Source of the DNA: Eledone cirrhosa
Taxonomy: Eukaryota
DNA: 64,000 nt
Reading direction: 5' to 3'
Assembly: GCA_964016885.1 (NCBI GenBank)
Contig: OZ024743.1
Span: forward strand, 254,324,001 to 254,388,000
A program made the translations under genes and the position numbers. Positions 25,194 through 37,882 of this stretch are shown here, in pieces (position 1 is the stretch's first letter; every line of letters begins with the position of its first letter). Below the pieces are notes generated by a model. That model was not told the DNA's origin. It made no database searches and saw only the letters and a list, made by a program, of their open reading frames with translations.

Positions 25194-25343
25194 ATAAAGA
25201 TTTTTAATGTATTAAAGGCTTCTTTGTTAATTAATATAATTTTTCGGCTCTGTTTGATAACATTGAGCTATCTCTTATACTGTCATTTCTCTAATACGAC
25301 GAGTGTGTTTGACTGTAATGCACTCAAGTATTTTTATCTTATA

Positions 25344-26120
25344 TCTATCTATATATATAAAACTGTGGTTGTCTGTCTGTCTATCGATTTTTGGCACACA
25401 TCTCCTCTTAGAATCTCTCACGGAATTGCACCGAAATTGCTATACTTGTACATTGAGCCCGAGCGAAGACATCGGAAAAAAAAAATGTCAAATTGACCCA
25501 CCCTATGTGACGAAATCGAATATAATGTATCGATTTTTGAGCGTAAGTGATCAGTTATTTCCCTTTGTTCTGTTTACATTGAGCGTCTTACGTAAAAAAT
25601 TACGCTGGCTTTCTCAGCCTTTAAAATGACATTAACACAATTTCATCAGTTCGAACACTAAGCTTCCGTTTTGCTTCATTTCCATTTAAAAGCATTTTAA
25701 AACAATATTTTTACTTGAAAACAAGTCTATTTAAAGACTACGTAAAACAAGCAAATATTTCAGGCGTGCAGACAGAAAGTCGTGCAGAGAGGTGATATAG
25801 GCGTGCAGACAGACATAACTGATAATTTGGTTACGCTAATGTTTTTCTCTGCGTTGCAGTGTTTACATTTTCGATCTTTGTTAATAAATAACCAGTGCAG
25901 TTTTTATCCCCAGCATCCTCTTTTGTTATAACATTCGGGTTATCGTTATGTTTTCTTAACTTCATAAGGCATATTGTTGGTTGAGGGAATATTAATCAAA
26001 AACACCACATGCAAGTCTGCACAGTAGACATTACAGTTTTTAAGCCAAAAAAGAAACTTAACATTGTAACTTTAACACAGCTACTGAGCGACCCCGAGCA
26101 ACGCCGGGCTTTACTGCTAG
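25344..26120 (+). mobile_element. Non-autonomous Helitron
   Basis: 5' TC start (tctatctatatatataaaa) with (GTCT)n. 3' hairpin cccg-agcaacgc-cggg followed by CTAG. Sits between A and T, no TSD. Confidence 0.8.
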
Positions 26121-26131
26121 TATATATATAT

Positions 26132-26515
26132 AGGAAAAGAATCAGGATGCTGTGGCTGAGCTTCGGCCGTTTCGACAGCTAGATCCAAATTAAGCCACCA
26201 GTGTTAGAATAATGGGAATCTAGCTGAACTTATCAAGGTGTACGGTCCTTATATAGGCATGCAGTCAAAACATAAAAAGCAGAAATATCTAAGCAAAACG
26301 TCCCAAAAATGTTTTCTTTTCTTGTCTGTCACAGGGAGTGGTCAATGATCTGGGATGTCATGTACATAGTCAAATTCCTTCATAGTGGCAGGGGGGCCTG
26401 AACAGGCCTGAAGGATGCTATCAGGGCCCTGACGCTTTACCCACTCTACTACCCTAAGTATTTAGTACTCTGGTGCGTTATAGTCCATCTGGTATCTTAC
26501 ACCACACCCTCTTTG

Positions 26516-26518
<3 letters not shown>
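26132..26518. mobile_element. PLE-2-related terminal fragment: inverted arm plus forward tail
   Basis: Minus 26132-26345 resembles 11750-11903. Tail ccactctactaccctaag...ccacaccctctttgtta matches 11907-11983 and 29041-29073. Confidence 0.7.
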
Positions 26519-26578
<60 letters not shown>

Positions 26579-26707
26579 AATTAATAAAAACAATGAAATA
26601 AACACAAAGAACAAGCTCTTCATATTAAAAAATTCATCATTTTACGATCGTTTCTGGGATGTATATGTGTGTTGGTATGTATTTCTATGTAAACATATTA
26701 CAAATAA

Positions 26708-28957
26708 CACTGGTCAACAGCCAAAATGGTTCTTACATGTGAATATGTGCATCTTACTAATTTCATAGCACTAAATTCAGTTTTGATATTCATTTTTTGC
26801 TATCGGACCAGAATGCCTTAAATTGAGATCGAAAATATGTTCCTCGTATTGCATTATTTATCGATTGTGTAACATATGATGACTTAGATATAAACATATT
26901 AACTTATTAATAAAAAATATGTTTATTTATTTTTTTAACACTTAGTATATTAAAACATTTCTGAACATAACATATTTCAAAACATTTCTAAAAAATGTTC
27001 TGGATTTTGCTTTTACTCTTGTTTTGCAGGCTCTCCTCACGTTGCAGTGTCCAGCAGTAGTCGCCCATGATGTTGGGATTGAACCGACCCTGATACCTAC
27101 TCTCCATTATGGCAATGTCCTGGTGAAACCTCTCTCCATGTTCATCACTGATGTCTCCTAGATTACTTGGGAAGAAATCAAGATGAGAATGGAAGAAATG
27201 AAGCTTCAACGACATTCTTGAACCCAGAGCGCGATAATTTTGTATCATGGTTTCAACAATTTCTTTATAGTTGTCTGCACGGTGGTTTACAAGAAAGTTC
27301 TGTGTCACATCTACAAATGATTTCCATGCATTTGTCTCCAAAGGGGTTAGTGTTTTTGTAAACTCACTATCATTAACCAGCATACGAATCTGAGGAACAT
27401 TCAAAACCCCTGCTTTTAACATTGCTTCAGATGCCACTCTACCCAATTTCTTACACAAGTACTGAAACCCATTACCTGTATGATCCATGCTTTTAATAAA
27501 GTTTTTGGCCAAGCTTAATTTGAGATGTAATGGAGGAAGGAATACTTTTTCTGGATCCACGAGAGGTTTGTACAAACAGTTGAATCTACCGGGTGCATCC
27601 TTTGGTCTTGTTGGCCAATCCTTCTTCATGTAGTGCTCCGCATCTGCTCTACTATTCCACAAACATAGAAAACACATATGCTTTGTGTAACCAGTCTGAA
27701 AACCTAGAAGTAGACTAATTACTTTGAGATCTCCACAAATTTTCCACTGGTGCTTCTGGTACTGAACTGAGGAAAGCAAAATCTTCATAGTTTCATAATT
27801 CTCAGTCATATTTGTTACGTGTGGAATTGGTACGGAGGGAAGCCGATTTCCATTCTGGAGAAGGGCTGCTTTTAGAGTATTTTTTCCTGAATCAATGAAC
27901 AACCTCCACTCATCTTGTTTGTATGAATCAGATTTACAGAGTTGTTGCATGAGAGAATCTGCATCATGACAATAGCAAAGGTTATTTTCATTTTGAAAAA
28001 TGCTGAAAGTTGTTTATGACGATGACGAGCGGTTGTAATGCGGACGCCAGGTTCCAGCAGGTTTCGTTGCTTCAGTCTTGATCCCAGGAGCTCTGCCTTT
28101 TCTTTAGACAAATGTAGGTCTCTAATGAGATCGTGAAGAGCTTCCTGGTTAAATGGTATGGGTTCACTTGTCTCATGTTCGTCTTGATAGTCATCATCAA
28201 TAGGGGTGCTACTGGAATCAGAATCAGAGATTAGCTCGTGTTCAGCAGGTGGAACTGGAACAGGTAATTTGTCACTGTGAGGTACTGGTCAGATTGCTGA
28301 CGAGATATCGGGGTATTGAAGTGTAGTTCGTGTCTTCACAGTTATTCCTTGGATGATTATATGGCAGAAGTAGCAATCGTTATTGTGGTCTTTTGGTTCT
28401 CGCCACACCATTGGTACGGCAAATGGCAAACCAGAGCTTCGTTTCCCATTCTTCCATTCACTTAGGTGATTAACACATGACCTACACGCTATATGAGGCG
28501 CCCATTTCTTGACCTGGTCTCCTAATGGACATTTGAAGTAGCATTTGTAGTTTACTCGAACTGCTTTTGTGATTGGTTTCTTCAAGCTTTCTGGGGTAAA
28601 GAGTCCACAAATATAGCAAAATCGGTCCGGGTCATTTACACATTTCCGGCGTTCCATCTCTCCCACTAGTCAAAGTTGTTGTGAATTATCCAAGAATAGC
28701 TGAGGATAGTTACAATTCTGTGATCTGAAACAAAAGCAGTAAGTATAAATTAGTTAACTAAATATAGTGGATACAATTGGATGAAGTAATATGAGCCACA
28801 TAGCTATGGGTCATAAACATGGATATGGTGGTTCTCGAAAACTAGACCCGATACGGGCTTAACCGTTGTCATATTCAGATTCTGCACACTTGATTACCCT
28901 AGAATCATACTAAATTATACCAGAACCATGAAATGAATATTTTTTTGTTGACCAGTG
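26708..28957 (-). mobile_element. Chapaev3-type (CMC) DNA transposon, full length
   Basis: TIRs cactggtcaaca / tgttgaccagtg (CAC...GTG ends); TWA flanks (TAA left, TTA right); transposase inside. Confidence 0.85.
26988..28666 (-). pseudogene. Chapaev3-like transposase (one stop at 28289, one frameshift near 27980)
   Basis: CVNDPDRFCYICG, WAPHIAC..C, PMVWREPKDH..DCYFC, WRLFIDS, DLKV..LLG.QTGYTK..CFLCLW, PPLH, HSHLDFFP.NLGDISDEHGERFHQDI, DYCW. Confidence 0.85.
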
Positions 28958-29000
28958 TTATCAGAGGAAATATACATACCTTCACATATACATGCCGTCC

Positions 29001-29033
<33 letters not shown>

Positions 29034-29070
29034 GTGTGTGTCCACCTGGTATCTTACCACACCCTCTTTG

Positions 29071-29112
<42 letters not shown>

Positions 29113-29474
29113 CATGGCCATTGATTCAGATTCTACCATTCATACTTCTAATTGATTTGACAGGTGTCAATAACCCATTGGTACCAAGAATTATTTGACC
29201 AGAGCCTGACAATACACCCACTTAATGACATTTTTTTGTTTACTTAGTATAAATGAAACTTTAAAATATGTGTGGGTGTCTATAGGTATTTAAGTGTGAA
29301 TGTGATACTTTCCCTTTTTCTATGTCCTTATATTAATGTGTATGTTTCTAAAAACAGTTTTTGTCAAAGAATCCCTATTCTTTAAAATCCTAATGACCTC
29401 CACACATCTTCAAAATCACACCTTCCCCAACCACCATAAAACATATAAATACCACCTTACTACAATGACAGTTA

Positions 29475-29525
29475 GCTTTCCTGATGATTTCTTTCGAATG
29501 AAACAGTTCTAATCCTGTAGAAGCC
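29475..29525 (+). ncRNA. Canonical type I hammerhead ribozyme (diverged relative of 13392)
   Basis: gctttc CTGATGA t TTC tttc GAA t GAAA CAG ttctaatc CTG TA gaagc. Confidence 0.85.
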
Positions 29526-29962
29526 TTTTCTATATTAAATTTAATGTATTGAGTACCTTACTTACTGTGGTTACCTCTGATTGAACCAGAGACTCTCTCT
29601 CTCTCTCTCTCTCTCTCACACCCACACACTATATGTTCTCAAGCTCTATGCAAGTTACTGTAGAGTACTGCTTAAAATGGCCAACAATATTTCAATTAAA
29701 TAGCTGAAGAAAAAAATAAAGAGGATTTGATTGAGTTTCTTCTTGAAAAGAAAAGCTGAAATTGCAAGTTTGAAGAAAGGAATGTGATAATACAAAAAGA
29801 TCTTGCCATTTTAAAACACATGAATGATTGACCTTGAGAAGCAAGTCTACACTCAACAACAATAGTCACAGAATGCAGGTATTGAAATAGTCAATATACC
29901 AGTGTCTTTCAGAAAGTAATGAGGGATGGTATGTAATCTGTCGATACTTAATTAACCCACAA

Positions 29963-30147
29963 GCGGATTGGCAGTATCAATAGAGAGTCAGACACAATGC
30001 TTTGAAGCATAGATTTACGTTCCTTTATGATCTGAGTTCAAATCCCGCCGGGGTTAACTTTGCCTTTCATCCTTACGGGGTTGATAAAATAAAGTACCAG
30101 TAATGTACTGGGTGATCGCTGGCCTGTGCCAAAAGTAGAAACAATAT
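29963..30147 (+). mobile_element. tRNA-derived SINE
   Basis: Same family as 23611-23797. Confidence 0.88.
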
Positions 30148-30977
30148 TATTTTTTGTGTTAATCTGCTCCTCTTCCACCCTAAGCCTTTTACAACACTCT
30201 CTTCCCTATCTTTAATGAACGAGAGCAACTGAATTCTCTACATTTAATACCCTTTGTTATCATCAGCAACTGCTAACAATCATTCTCTGCTCCATATGAC
30301 TTAGTTGATACCTATCACTCTTACCATCAATTATCTCTGCAGCTTGGTATCCATGCCTCATTCACTCATACACATATCTGCACATGAACACATACACATA
30401 TCTGAGTATGTGTGTGTGTGTACATGGTAATATAGAATATGGATTTATAGGCATGTGTATGTGCACACGTTCATACATAAGTACATTAATAGATACATAC
30501 ATGCAGGCATCATGCATATATATATGTACATACACACACTGATATATTTCCTTATCTCTATGCTATAACAACAGAAATACATTAAGTTTGATGGAAACAG
30601 TAAATGAAGTCTCAGAGTGACACTGTTCCAAGTTCCAAATGGGCATCTCAAAGAATATGGATGGCAAGCAAACAGAAAAGAAGGAATTGAATTCTTGCCT
30701 CCTAATTCTATAAAGCTTAGCCATTCCATGGCTCACAGACATTAGTAAACTCTCCATAAGAATGAAGTTTTTGTTGTTCATGTTTCTTGTTTTCCCATTT
30801 TTTAAATAAATTTTTTTGTTAATTTTATATATATATATACATATAAATACATGTATATGTGGGTGTGTAAATATATATATATATATATATGCAAAAGTTT
30901 TATTTAAAATGTTGGGTTACAACGAGTAAATATTTTATAACTGATATAAAAGCACTCAACAGGTTTTGGAGTATTTT

Positions 30978-31203
30978 ACGATATTAAACAAATGGAAATT
31001 ACATTTATAAAACCATATTTATTTCATTATATATATTTCAGGGATATCATATTAAAATATGGTATGCCCTCTTCAGACAAAATACAATATATAGAACTGT
31101 CTATATATTGTATTTTGTCTGAAGTATGATATGATATCCCTGAAATATATATAATGAAATAAATATGGTTTTATAAATGTAATTTCCATTTGTTTAATAT
31201 CGT
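30978..31203. mobile_element. Palindromic PLE-type insertion with HHR
   Basis: Arms 30978-31094 and 31101-31203; the right arm has a deletion in the HHR core and stem II. Confidence 0.8.
31021..31083 (-). ncRNA. Type I hammerhead ribozyme
   Basis: Minus strand: attttgt CTGAAGA GGG...CCC t GAAA TATATA TA atgaaat. Confidence 0.72.
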
Positions 31204-33026
31204 ATATATATATATATATATATAAGTATGCATATATAAGTATGCATATGTACACACATATGTATGTATGTGTTATATCGAACATTACCTATATACATAG
31301 ATACATACATAGATTTATGAGTATACACACACATAGATATATTTTTTTCCTTTGAAGTAGCAGGCTCAATTATCTTACTACCATGCTTCCATAATTTTTC
31401 TCACTCATACACACTTTCATTTCCTCCTTTCTCCTTCTTTTTCTTCCATTTTTCTCCTTAATAACTGTTTGCTGATAGCATTGTAACACAGCCAGTATTC
31501 ACCACCACCACCACTGTCTAATTATTCTCTGTGTCATTCTGGTATGCTGTGGACTTGAGTGGGATTACAGCAGTGTGGACATGCAGTGGACTGGAGCAGG
31601 TCTGGGATGGGATTGAAATAGTGAGACAGCGGAATGGGAGTTGTGAGTCAGTAGCAGATATTTATCTGCAGCATAATAGACCTGAGTTGATGAGTTAATC
31701 TTTCCTAGCACCTTCCTTTTACTTTATGTTTTTGTTTTTTTTACTTTTTATTATTCATTAGTTTTTATTTATGCATTTCATGTTTCTTTGTTTAGTTTTT
31801 TTTATTTGTTTATATTTTATCTATATTTTTATCATTTTTAATTATTTATTTCTATTTTTATTTTACTGTTTATTTTCATTTTCATTATAATTTATTTTTT
31901 GTTATTTTATTTCTCCATATCTTTATTATTATTTGTTATTTTATTTTTATTTGTATTTTACTCTCATTATATATCATTTTTCTATTTCTACTGATTTGTT
32001 TTTCTTTATTAAATATTTTTAAATATTTGTGAATTTATTTCATAATTTTTGTGCTATACATTTTTTTGTTTTTTTTCTATTTCTACTTATATATTTTATT
32101 CTATGTTTTTACATGTATAGAAGTCCGAAATGAAAACAAGTGAAAAAGACTTTGAGGTGACTTGCAGACTCTTTTCCTTTCTGTTGTTGTGTAAGTTAAT
32201 GGGATAGAAGAGCTAATGCACAACATTACCATGAGGAATATCACCAGAATGGTGAAATTTTGCGACAGCCAACCATTCATTTTATGCAGCCATAGTAAAA
32301 TGGTAAAATGTTTGCAGAGAAATGGAATTACACAAGCATGTTGTTTTTAATTAGATTCACTATAAGCATTTTTCTGATTAATTTCCGTCATGGAAAATTA
32401 GCAAGTGGGATTTTAGTGTGAGTGATTTGTGGAAGGGGAGGGAGAGAAGAGGGGAGAGAGGAGGGGAGGGTACAGGAGGAGAAGAGGGGATGAAGGAGAG
32501 AGAGGAGGAAAGAGAGAAAATAAAGAGAGAAAGACTGAGTGACGAATAGATGTAAATAGTGAGGGTTCCCCTCACTATTTACATCTATTTGACAGAGAGA
32601 ATTGGTGATAATGAGCTAGAGTAAGAAATAAACAAAGGGAAAAGTAGGAGAGAGATGGACAGATATAACGAAAAAATGTGAGGCAAGATTATATCTTTCA
32701 GCATCATCTTTTAACATCCTTTTTCCCTGCTAGCAAAGGCTGCAATATCCAAACAACTGACTAGCACTCCAGTAGGGTCTCTAGGTGTGGTTTGTGGTGC
32801 AATGTATGATCCCGTGTTCTAATGTGTGCAATTTATCATGGCACAGCTGAGACATCTACCCAACCATTTATTTGGCAGGTTTTTCTATAGATTGATACCT
32901 TTCCAGTCAAAAGCAAGTTTATAGGTGTGGACTGGGTAAGAATTTATCAAGTGGATCACCAACACTAGGGAGGCTGTCATGTCTATGGCACACCTGAAGT
33001 GTCCTCATGATCCATTGTTTGGGAAG

Positions 33027-33083
<57 letters not shown>

Positions 33084-33124
33084 TATAAAAGAAGAAATTA
33101 AAAGATGGTTAAAAAAGTTCCATA

Positions 33125-33194
33125 TATTATATTATGCGCATTTCGAAAACAACATCATTCTGGGACAAAAATTGTGTTCTCATCAGATTAAATA
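33125..33194 (-). ncRNA. Type I hammerhead ribozyme (left arm)
   Basis: Minus strand: CTGATGA gaac...gttttc GAAA TGCGCA TA; stem I imperfect. Confidence 0.65.
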
Positions 33195-33295
33195 AGGTAA
33201 CATGATATGAGGCCTAAAAACACTTGTCAGCAGGAAAGTGCAAAGCCTGTACTTTCCTGCTGACAAGTGTTTTTAGGCCTCATATCATGTTACCT

Positions 33296-33365
33296 TATTT
33301 AATCTGATGAGAACACAATTTTTGTCCCAGAATGATGTTGTTTTTGAAATGCGCATAATATAATA
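33296..33365 (+). ncRNA. Type I hammerhead ribozyme (right arm)
   Basis: tatttaat CTGATGA gaacacaa...ttgttttt GAAA TGCGCA TA atataata. Confidence 0.65.
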
Positions 33366-33543
33366 TATGGAACTTTTTTAACCATCTTTTAATTTCTTCT
33401 TTAATATATACTCCAGTTCTACCAGCTGTTGAGTGCTACTTATCTGATATATGCATAGTTTTATTGTTCTACAATATTACTCACCTTCTACATATACATG
33501 GCGCGTCTGTTTTCGCGTATGCTTGTGTATGTACGTATATGGA

Positions 33544-33882
33544 TCATCATCATCATCATTTTACGTCCACTTTTCCCTGCTTGCAAGGGTGGGACGGGAA
33601 CTGATTCTGGCTTGATTTCTACAGCTGGATGCCCTTCCTAACACCAACCTCATTTACAGTGAGTGCTGGGTGCTTTTTTTGCCGTGGCACCTCCGCGACC
33701 ACTTTGCAGTGGAATGATATCGACCCCAGTCCTATCATCTCATTTCTACAGCTGAGTAAACTGGAGCAATGTGAAATAAAGTGTCTTGCCGAAGGAAACA
33801 ACACATCACCCGGTCTGAGAATTGAACTCACAACCTTTCGATTGCAAGGTCAATGCTCTAACCACTAAGGCATGTGCCTCCT
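33544..33882 (-). mobile_element. tRNA-derived SINE with RTE-type (GAT)n tail
   Basis: Minus-strand head ggcacatgccttagtggttagagca...gagttcaattctc. Tail matches the RTE 3' end at 58035-58090. Decayed relative at 61670-61965. Confidence 0.8.
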
Positions 33883-34388
33883 GATGCGTGTATATATTTA
33901 TTTAATTTCAATTACCTCTGTATTTTATTTACTTTATTCTTAACTCTGAAGCCGAGAATCATTCGGTTTCCAAGTTAGAATTTTAGTCTACCAAACCAGA
34001 TTAGTCTACGACTTCATTTATACCATAAACGTGGTTTTGTCTTTGCATGTAATTGTTTTTACCGCTCCAAATAATGACGTATTATTTTCGTTTTTTTTCG
34101 TTCTTTACCAGGGAACGTCTCCACAAATCAAAGTATCATCTTCCTGTCTTCCTCCGGTTGCAACGTTTTTTGAAATATTTACATCTGCGTTCACAGATTG
34201 ACTTTTTTAGTTTCAGAAGATCCCGTTAAGGGTGAAAGCAGCGATTATTTGCTTAAACTTTCATCTGTTATTTTAATAAATATATATATATATATATATA
34301 TAACACGATACATTAACGGAGCCATAGACTCTCGCCGTTCCCTGTAAATAATGTGCTCAAAGCAGAGGAAATCCTGGGCACTTTAGAA

Positions 34389-34739
34389 TACACTATGTTG
34401 AAAAGGTAACACACTAGAGAGAGATACAGTGCATCATCAATAAAACAGGGAAAAGCCACCAGTGTATGGAATCTATAACCTATGGAAGGGAGAATATAGA
34501 CACGATAATTTAAAATATAAATTAAAGCATAAATAAATACCTCTATAACTATATATATAGTTATTGAGGTATTTATTTACGCTTTAATTTATAATTTTTA
34601 TATTAATTTATATTTTTAATTATCGTGTCTATATTCTGCCTTCCATAGGTTATAGATTCCATACACTGGTGGTTTTTCTCTGTTTTATTGATGACGCACT
34701 GTATCTCTCTCTAGTGTGTTACCTTTTCAACATATTGTA
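34389..34739. repeat. ~350-bp palindrome centred on a short (TA)n
   Basis: tacactatgttgaaaaggtaacacactag... / ...ctagtgtgttaccttttcaacatattgta; centre near 34555. Confidence 0.88.
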
Positions 34740-35232
34740 CACCTCTCCAAGACAATGTCACTGGACCGAGACCTTTGGCGGTACTCAGTAACAGAGAAGA
34801 CCCGCCTTACCTAAATATATAGTAAAACCTACTCCAGCCAGTAGGCATCTCTAACAAAATACACCCCGTCCCACCACCACCACCCCCACCCGATCCACAC
34901 CACCCCCACCCGATCCACACCACCCCGTTCTATGTAAAGTTATGTTGGTGCCGCGCCATCGAGGCCGAAACAAATGAGATCGTGTAGGTGTCACGACAAA
35001 AAAACACACAGTCCACGCTGTAATGTGGCCGTGTAGGCAACACGGTAAAAACCTCCCAGACCCACACTGTAAATGTGGTTGGTGTTAGGAAGGGCATCCA
35101 ACTGTAGAAAACCTGCCAGACAGTCCTATGCGAGCAAGACAATCACTCTTGCCTCAAGTGGGACTACCCCCGTCCAAACCCATGCAAGCGTGGAACACGG
35201 ACGTTAAACGTTGATGATGATGATGATGATGA
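34740..35232 (+). mobile_element. RTE-tailed SINE/LINE chimera
   Basis: Reverse-complement relative of 16246-16810. Confidence 0.75.
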
Positions 35233-35243
35233 TATATATATAT

Positions 35244-35301
<58 letters not shown>

Positions 35302-35352
35302 GAAGACATTGAGTGAATGGGGTGTATGTGTGTATGTACAAATATACAGTTT

Positions 35353-35872
35353 CATCATCATCATCATCATCGTCGTCGTTTAACGTCTATTAGGAGAAAT
35401 AGAAGGAAGTGAGATATATATTGAAAGAACTGTTATATAGAGGAGGTAAAATGATTATATCTATATATCTATACCATCATCACCGTTTTGGGCAATGTTA
35501 GGCAGTTGCAGTTGGGCAAGATCCACTTTTATCACCTCATCCCAGGTCTTCTTGGTTCTCCCCACTACATGGCTTCCAGCAACTTTTAGTGCTCCGTTCC
35601 TTTTTATGCAGCTGTCATCTTTCATACGTATCACATGTCCATACCAATGCATCCTCCTCTCCTGCACACAGCATTTGATTCCTCTTATGGTCAGTCTCTC
35701 TTTCAATTCGTTTATGCTTTGCTGTTCACGTATATTACTATTACACATCCATCGGAGCATGCAAGCTTTGTTTCTTTCTGATCTACACAAGTCTTCTACA
35801 CACAGCACCCAGGTCTCACTACCATGTAACATTGGTGTTTGTATGCATGCATCATACAGTCTGCCTTTAAGT
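35353..35872 (-). mobile_element. RTE LINE 3' fragment
   Basis: MLHGSETW...MLRWMC...ERRMHWYGHVIRM...GRTKKTWDEVI. Confidence 0.85.
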
Positions 35873-36040
35873 CCATGTGTATCTGGTTTAGAATAGGTAT
35901 AACATATTCCTGCTTGTCATAAAAAGTGACTACAATTATTTCTGTCAGAAAAGGAATTCAGCTGTAAAGCATTGCTTAAAAGATGTGCGTACAACCCAAG
36001 CCAGCATGGATAATTCGATGTAAAGATGATGATGAGAATA

Positions 36041-36071
<31 letters not shown>

Positions 36072-36074
36072 ATA

Positions 36075-36570
36075 AAGTGTTCTGGCAGACCATCCACCAA
36101 TTTTGTAATAAGAAGTCCTCGTCCACACCTGCTATCAGGAATGCATCTGGTATTTTCCTGTCTTCAGAGATGTGCATCCTTTCAAGGTGGAGAGAACACT
36201 TTGTAGATCTCTTAAACCCAATCACATCATCATGTTCTGGAGTACATAAGGTGCATCTCGGAGCGGTGACTAATCTCTCAGAAGCTGAGTAGTTAAAGAG
36301 TTCAAATTTGGCAAGGTCGCTAGGAAAGATGAAATCTGGCCTGAGATGTTAAAAGCCTTAAATAAAGAAGGTATTTACTGGCTGACTCATGTGTGTCGGT
36401 GACCTGGATTCCTGGAAAGGCACCCAAGCAACAACAATCGGGAGTGACAATGCCAATTTTTAAAAAGGGAAAGAGAGATTATTCCAATTACAGAGGGAGA
36501 TCCTTGTTAAGTCTATGCTAAGTGTCTGGCAAAGAGATGCAGAGAGATTTTCGAGTCCAAGCCAGATGAT
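36075..36570 (+). mobile_element. Decayed RTE (Rex3/Expander-like) RT fragment
   Basis: FWQTI...ILSRWREHFVDLLNP...GKDEIWPEMLKAL...PIFKKG...NYRG.SLLS. Confidence 0.75.
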
Positions 36571-37089
36571 GAATCAATCACAGGAAATTGTTATATATTT
36601 CAAATTACTTATGTAAATTTGAATCTAACTGTGATCCTATATGGTTAATATTGCTACCCTCAAAGATTTGCATGCTAGGTGGTCTAATGTTACTATCAGT
36701 CCTGACTATACAAAGAAAGTAAATTTTCAAAATGATCTGTCCAGTAGTAAAGTTAATCTAAACATTTGAATGAACAAACCTGTTCTTAGAATTCTGGATG
36801 TTATTAGTTAACCATTGGTTATGCTAACAGTTTTGTCAGGTTGATGTAGAGAAACACAAATTTTACCTTGATCAGATTTGAACTCAAATCGAAACTAAAT
36901 AAAATACGATATTTTATCCGATATTCTAACTCTTCTGCCAACAACCCACTTCTGGAAATGTGTAAAATATTAAGAAATATGAATATTCATGAAGATATCG
37001 ATGTGTGTGTGTGAGGGAGAGAGACAAGAGGGGATGTTGAGTCACTGGAGATGATGTTTAAACCTAGCCATGTAGATGAAATGTGTTGT

Positions 37090-37505
37090 TCAAATAATGG
37101 TGGTATTCGTGTTGTTGATGGTGGACGTTGTGAGTTTGGTGATTATGATGATGTTGGGGTTGATGGTGGTAGGTTGATAATGGTTTTAGTGTTGACAGTG
37201 TTGGTGGTGGTGATGCTGGATTTGATGGTGGGTTAGATGGTAGGTTTGGTGGTGGTGATGGTGGGTTTGTTGGTTATGATGATGATGATGGTGTTGATGA
37301 TGTTATTGGTGGTAGCGATGTTGATAGTGTTGTTGGTACACATGTTGATATTAATGGTGATTTTGGTGTTAATGTTAATATTGACATTGATGTGGTTGTC
37401 TGTGTTGAAGATGGTGTTGGTGGTTGTGTCGATGTTGGCGATGTTGTTGGTATTGGTGTTGATGTTGAATTTGGTGTTAGTATTGAGGTTGGTGCTTATG
37501 TTGAT
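37090..37505. repeat. Degenerate (GTT/GAT/GGT)n low-complexity tract
   Basis: Direct inspection. Confidence 0.85.
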
Positions 37506-37820
37506 TATACCTACCAGTATTTGACTGGTATTTATTTTATGTGTATGGATCAAAGACAAAATTGACCTTCACCAGATTTGATCTCAGAATGTAAAGAGCT
37601 GTTACTAAATGTTGCAAAATATTCTGCCTGAAATCCTAATGATTTTGCCTAATAACAACATCAATAACAATACTACAGAAAGCTTTGGTACCTTAAAGTA
37701 TGTGTGAATTTCTGAAAACAGTGAAAGTGGCTTGATATTCATTAAAGAAAACTTGCAAAATTGCTAACAATACCAACATGTAAATCGAAGAAGTAAAAGG
37801 AAGAAGACAGTACAACAATA

Positions 37821-37882
<62 letters not shown>

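Larger units (their letters stand above)
21278..25343 (+). mobile_element. 5'-truncated Penelope-like element (PLE-3, resembles Hydra clade) with ~2.1-kb 3' UTR ending in an HHR
   Basis: RT + endonuclease ORF, AT-rich UTR, HHR at 25150, AATAAA at 25193. Assigning the whole UTR to this element is inferred. Confidence 0.75.
33088..33497. mobile_element. TGCGCA-HHR family insertion: ~155-bp near-perfect palindrome plus tail
   Basis: Arms 33088-33242 and 33248-33402; tail matches 12200-12285. Confidence 0.88.

Noticed and set aside
29660-29940. Possible LINE ORF1 remnant (QQ*SQNAGIEIVNIP)
   Set aside because: Too degenerate to support.
34090-34240. Possible host exons after polypyrimidine-AG (also near 32120, 38477, 60152)
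   Set aside because: No recognisable protein or consistent exon chain; needs RNA-seq.
37237-37524. Hydrophobic membrane-protein-like ORF (also 2286-2866 minus)
   Set aside because: Reading of trinucleotide low-complexity DNA.
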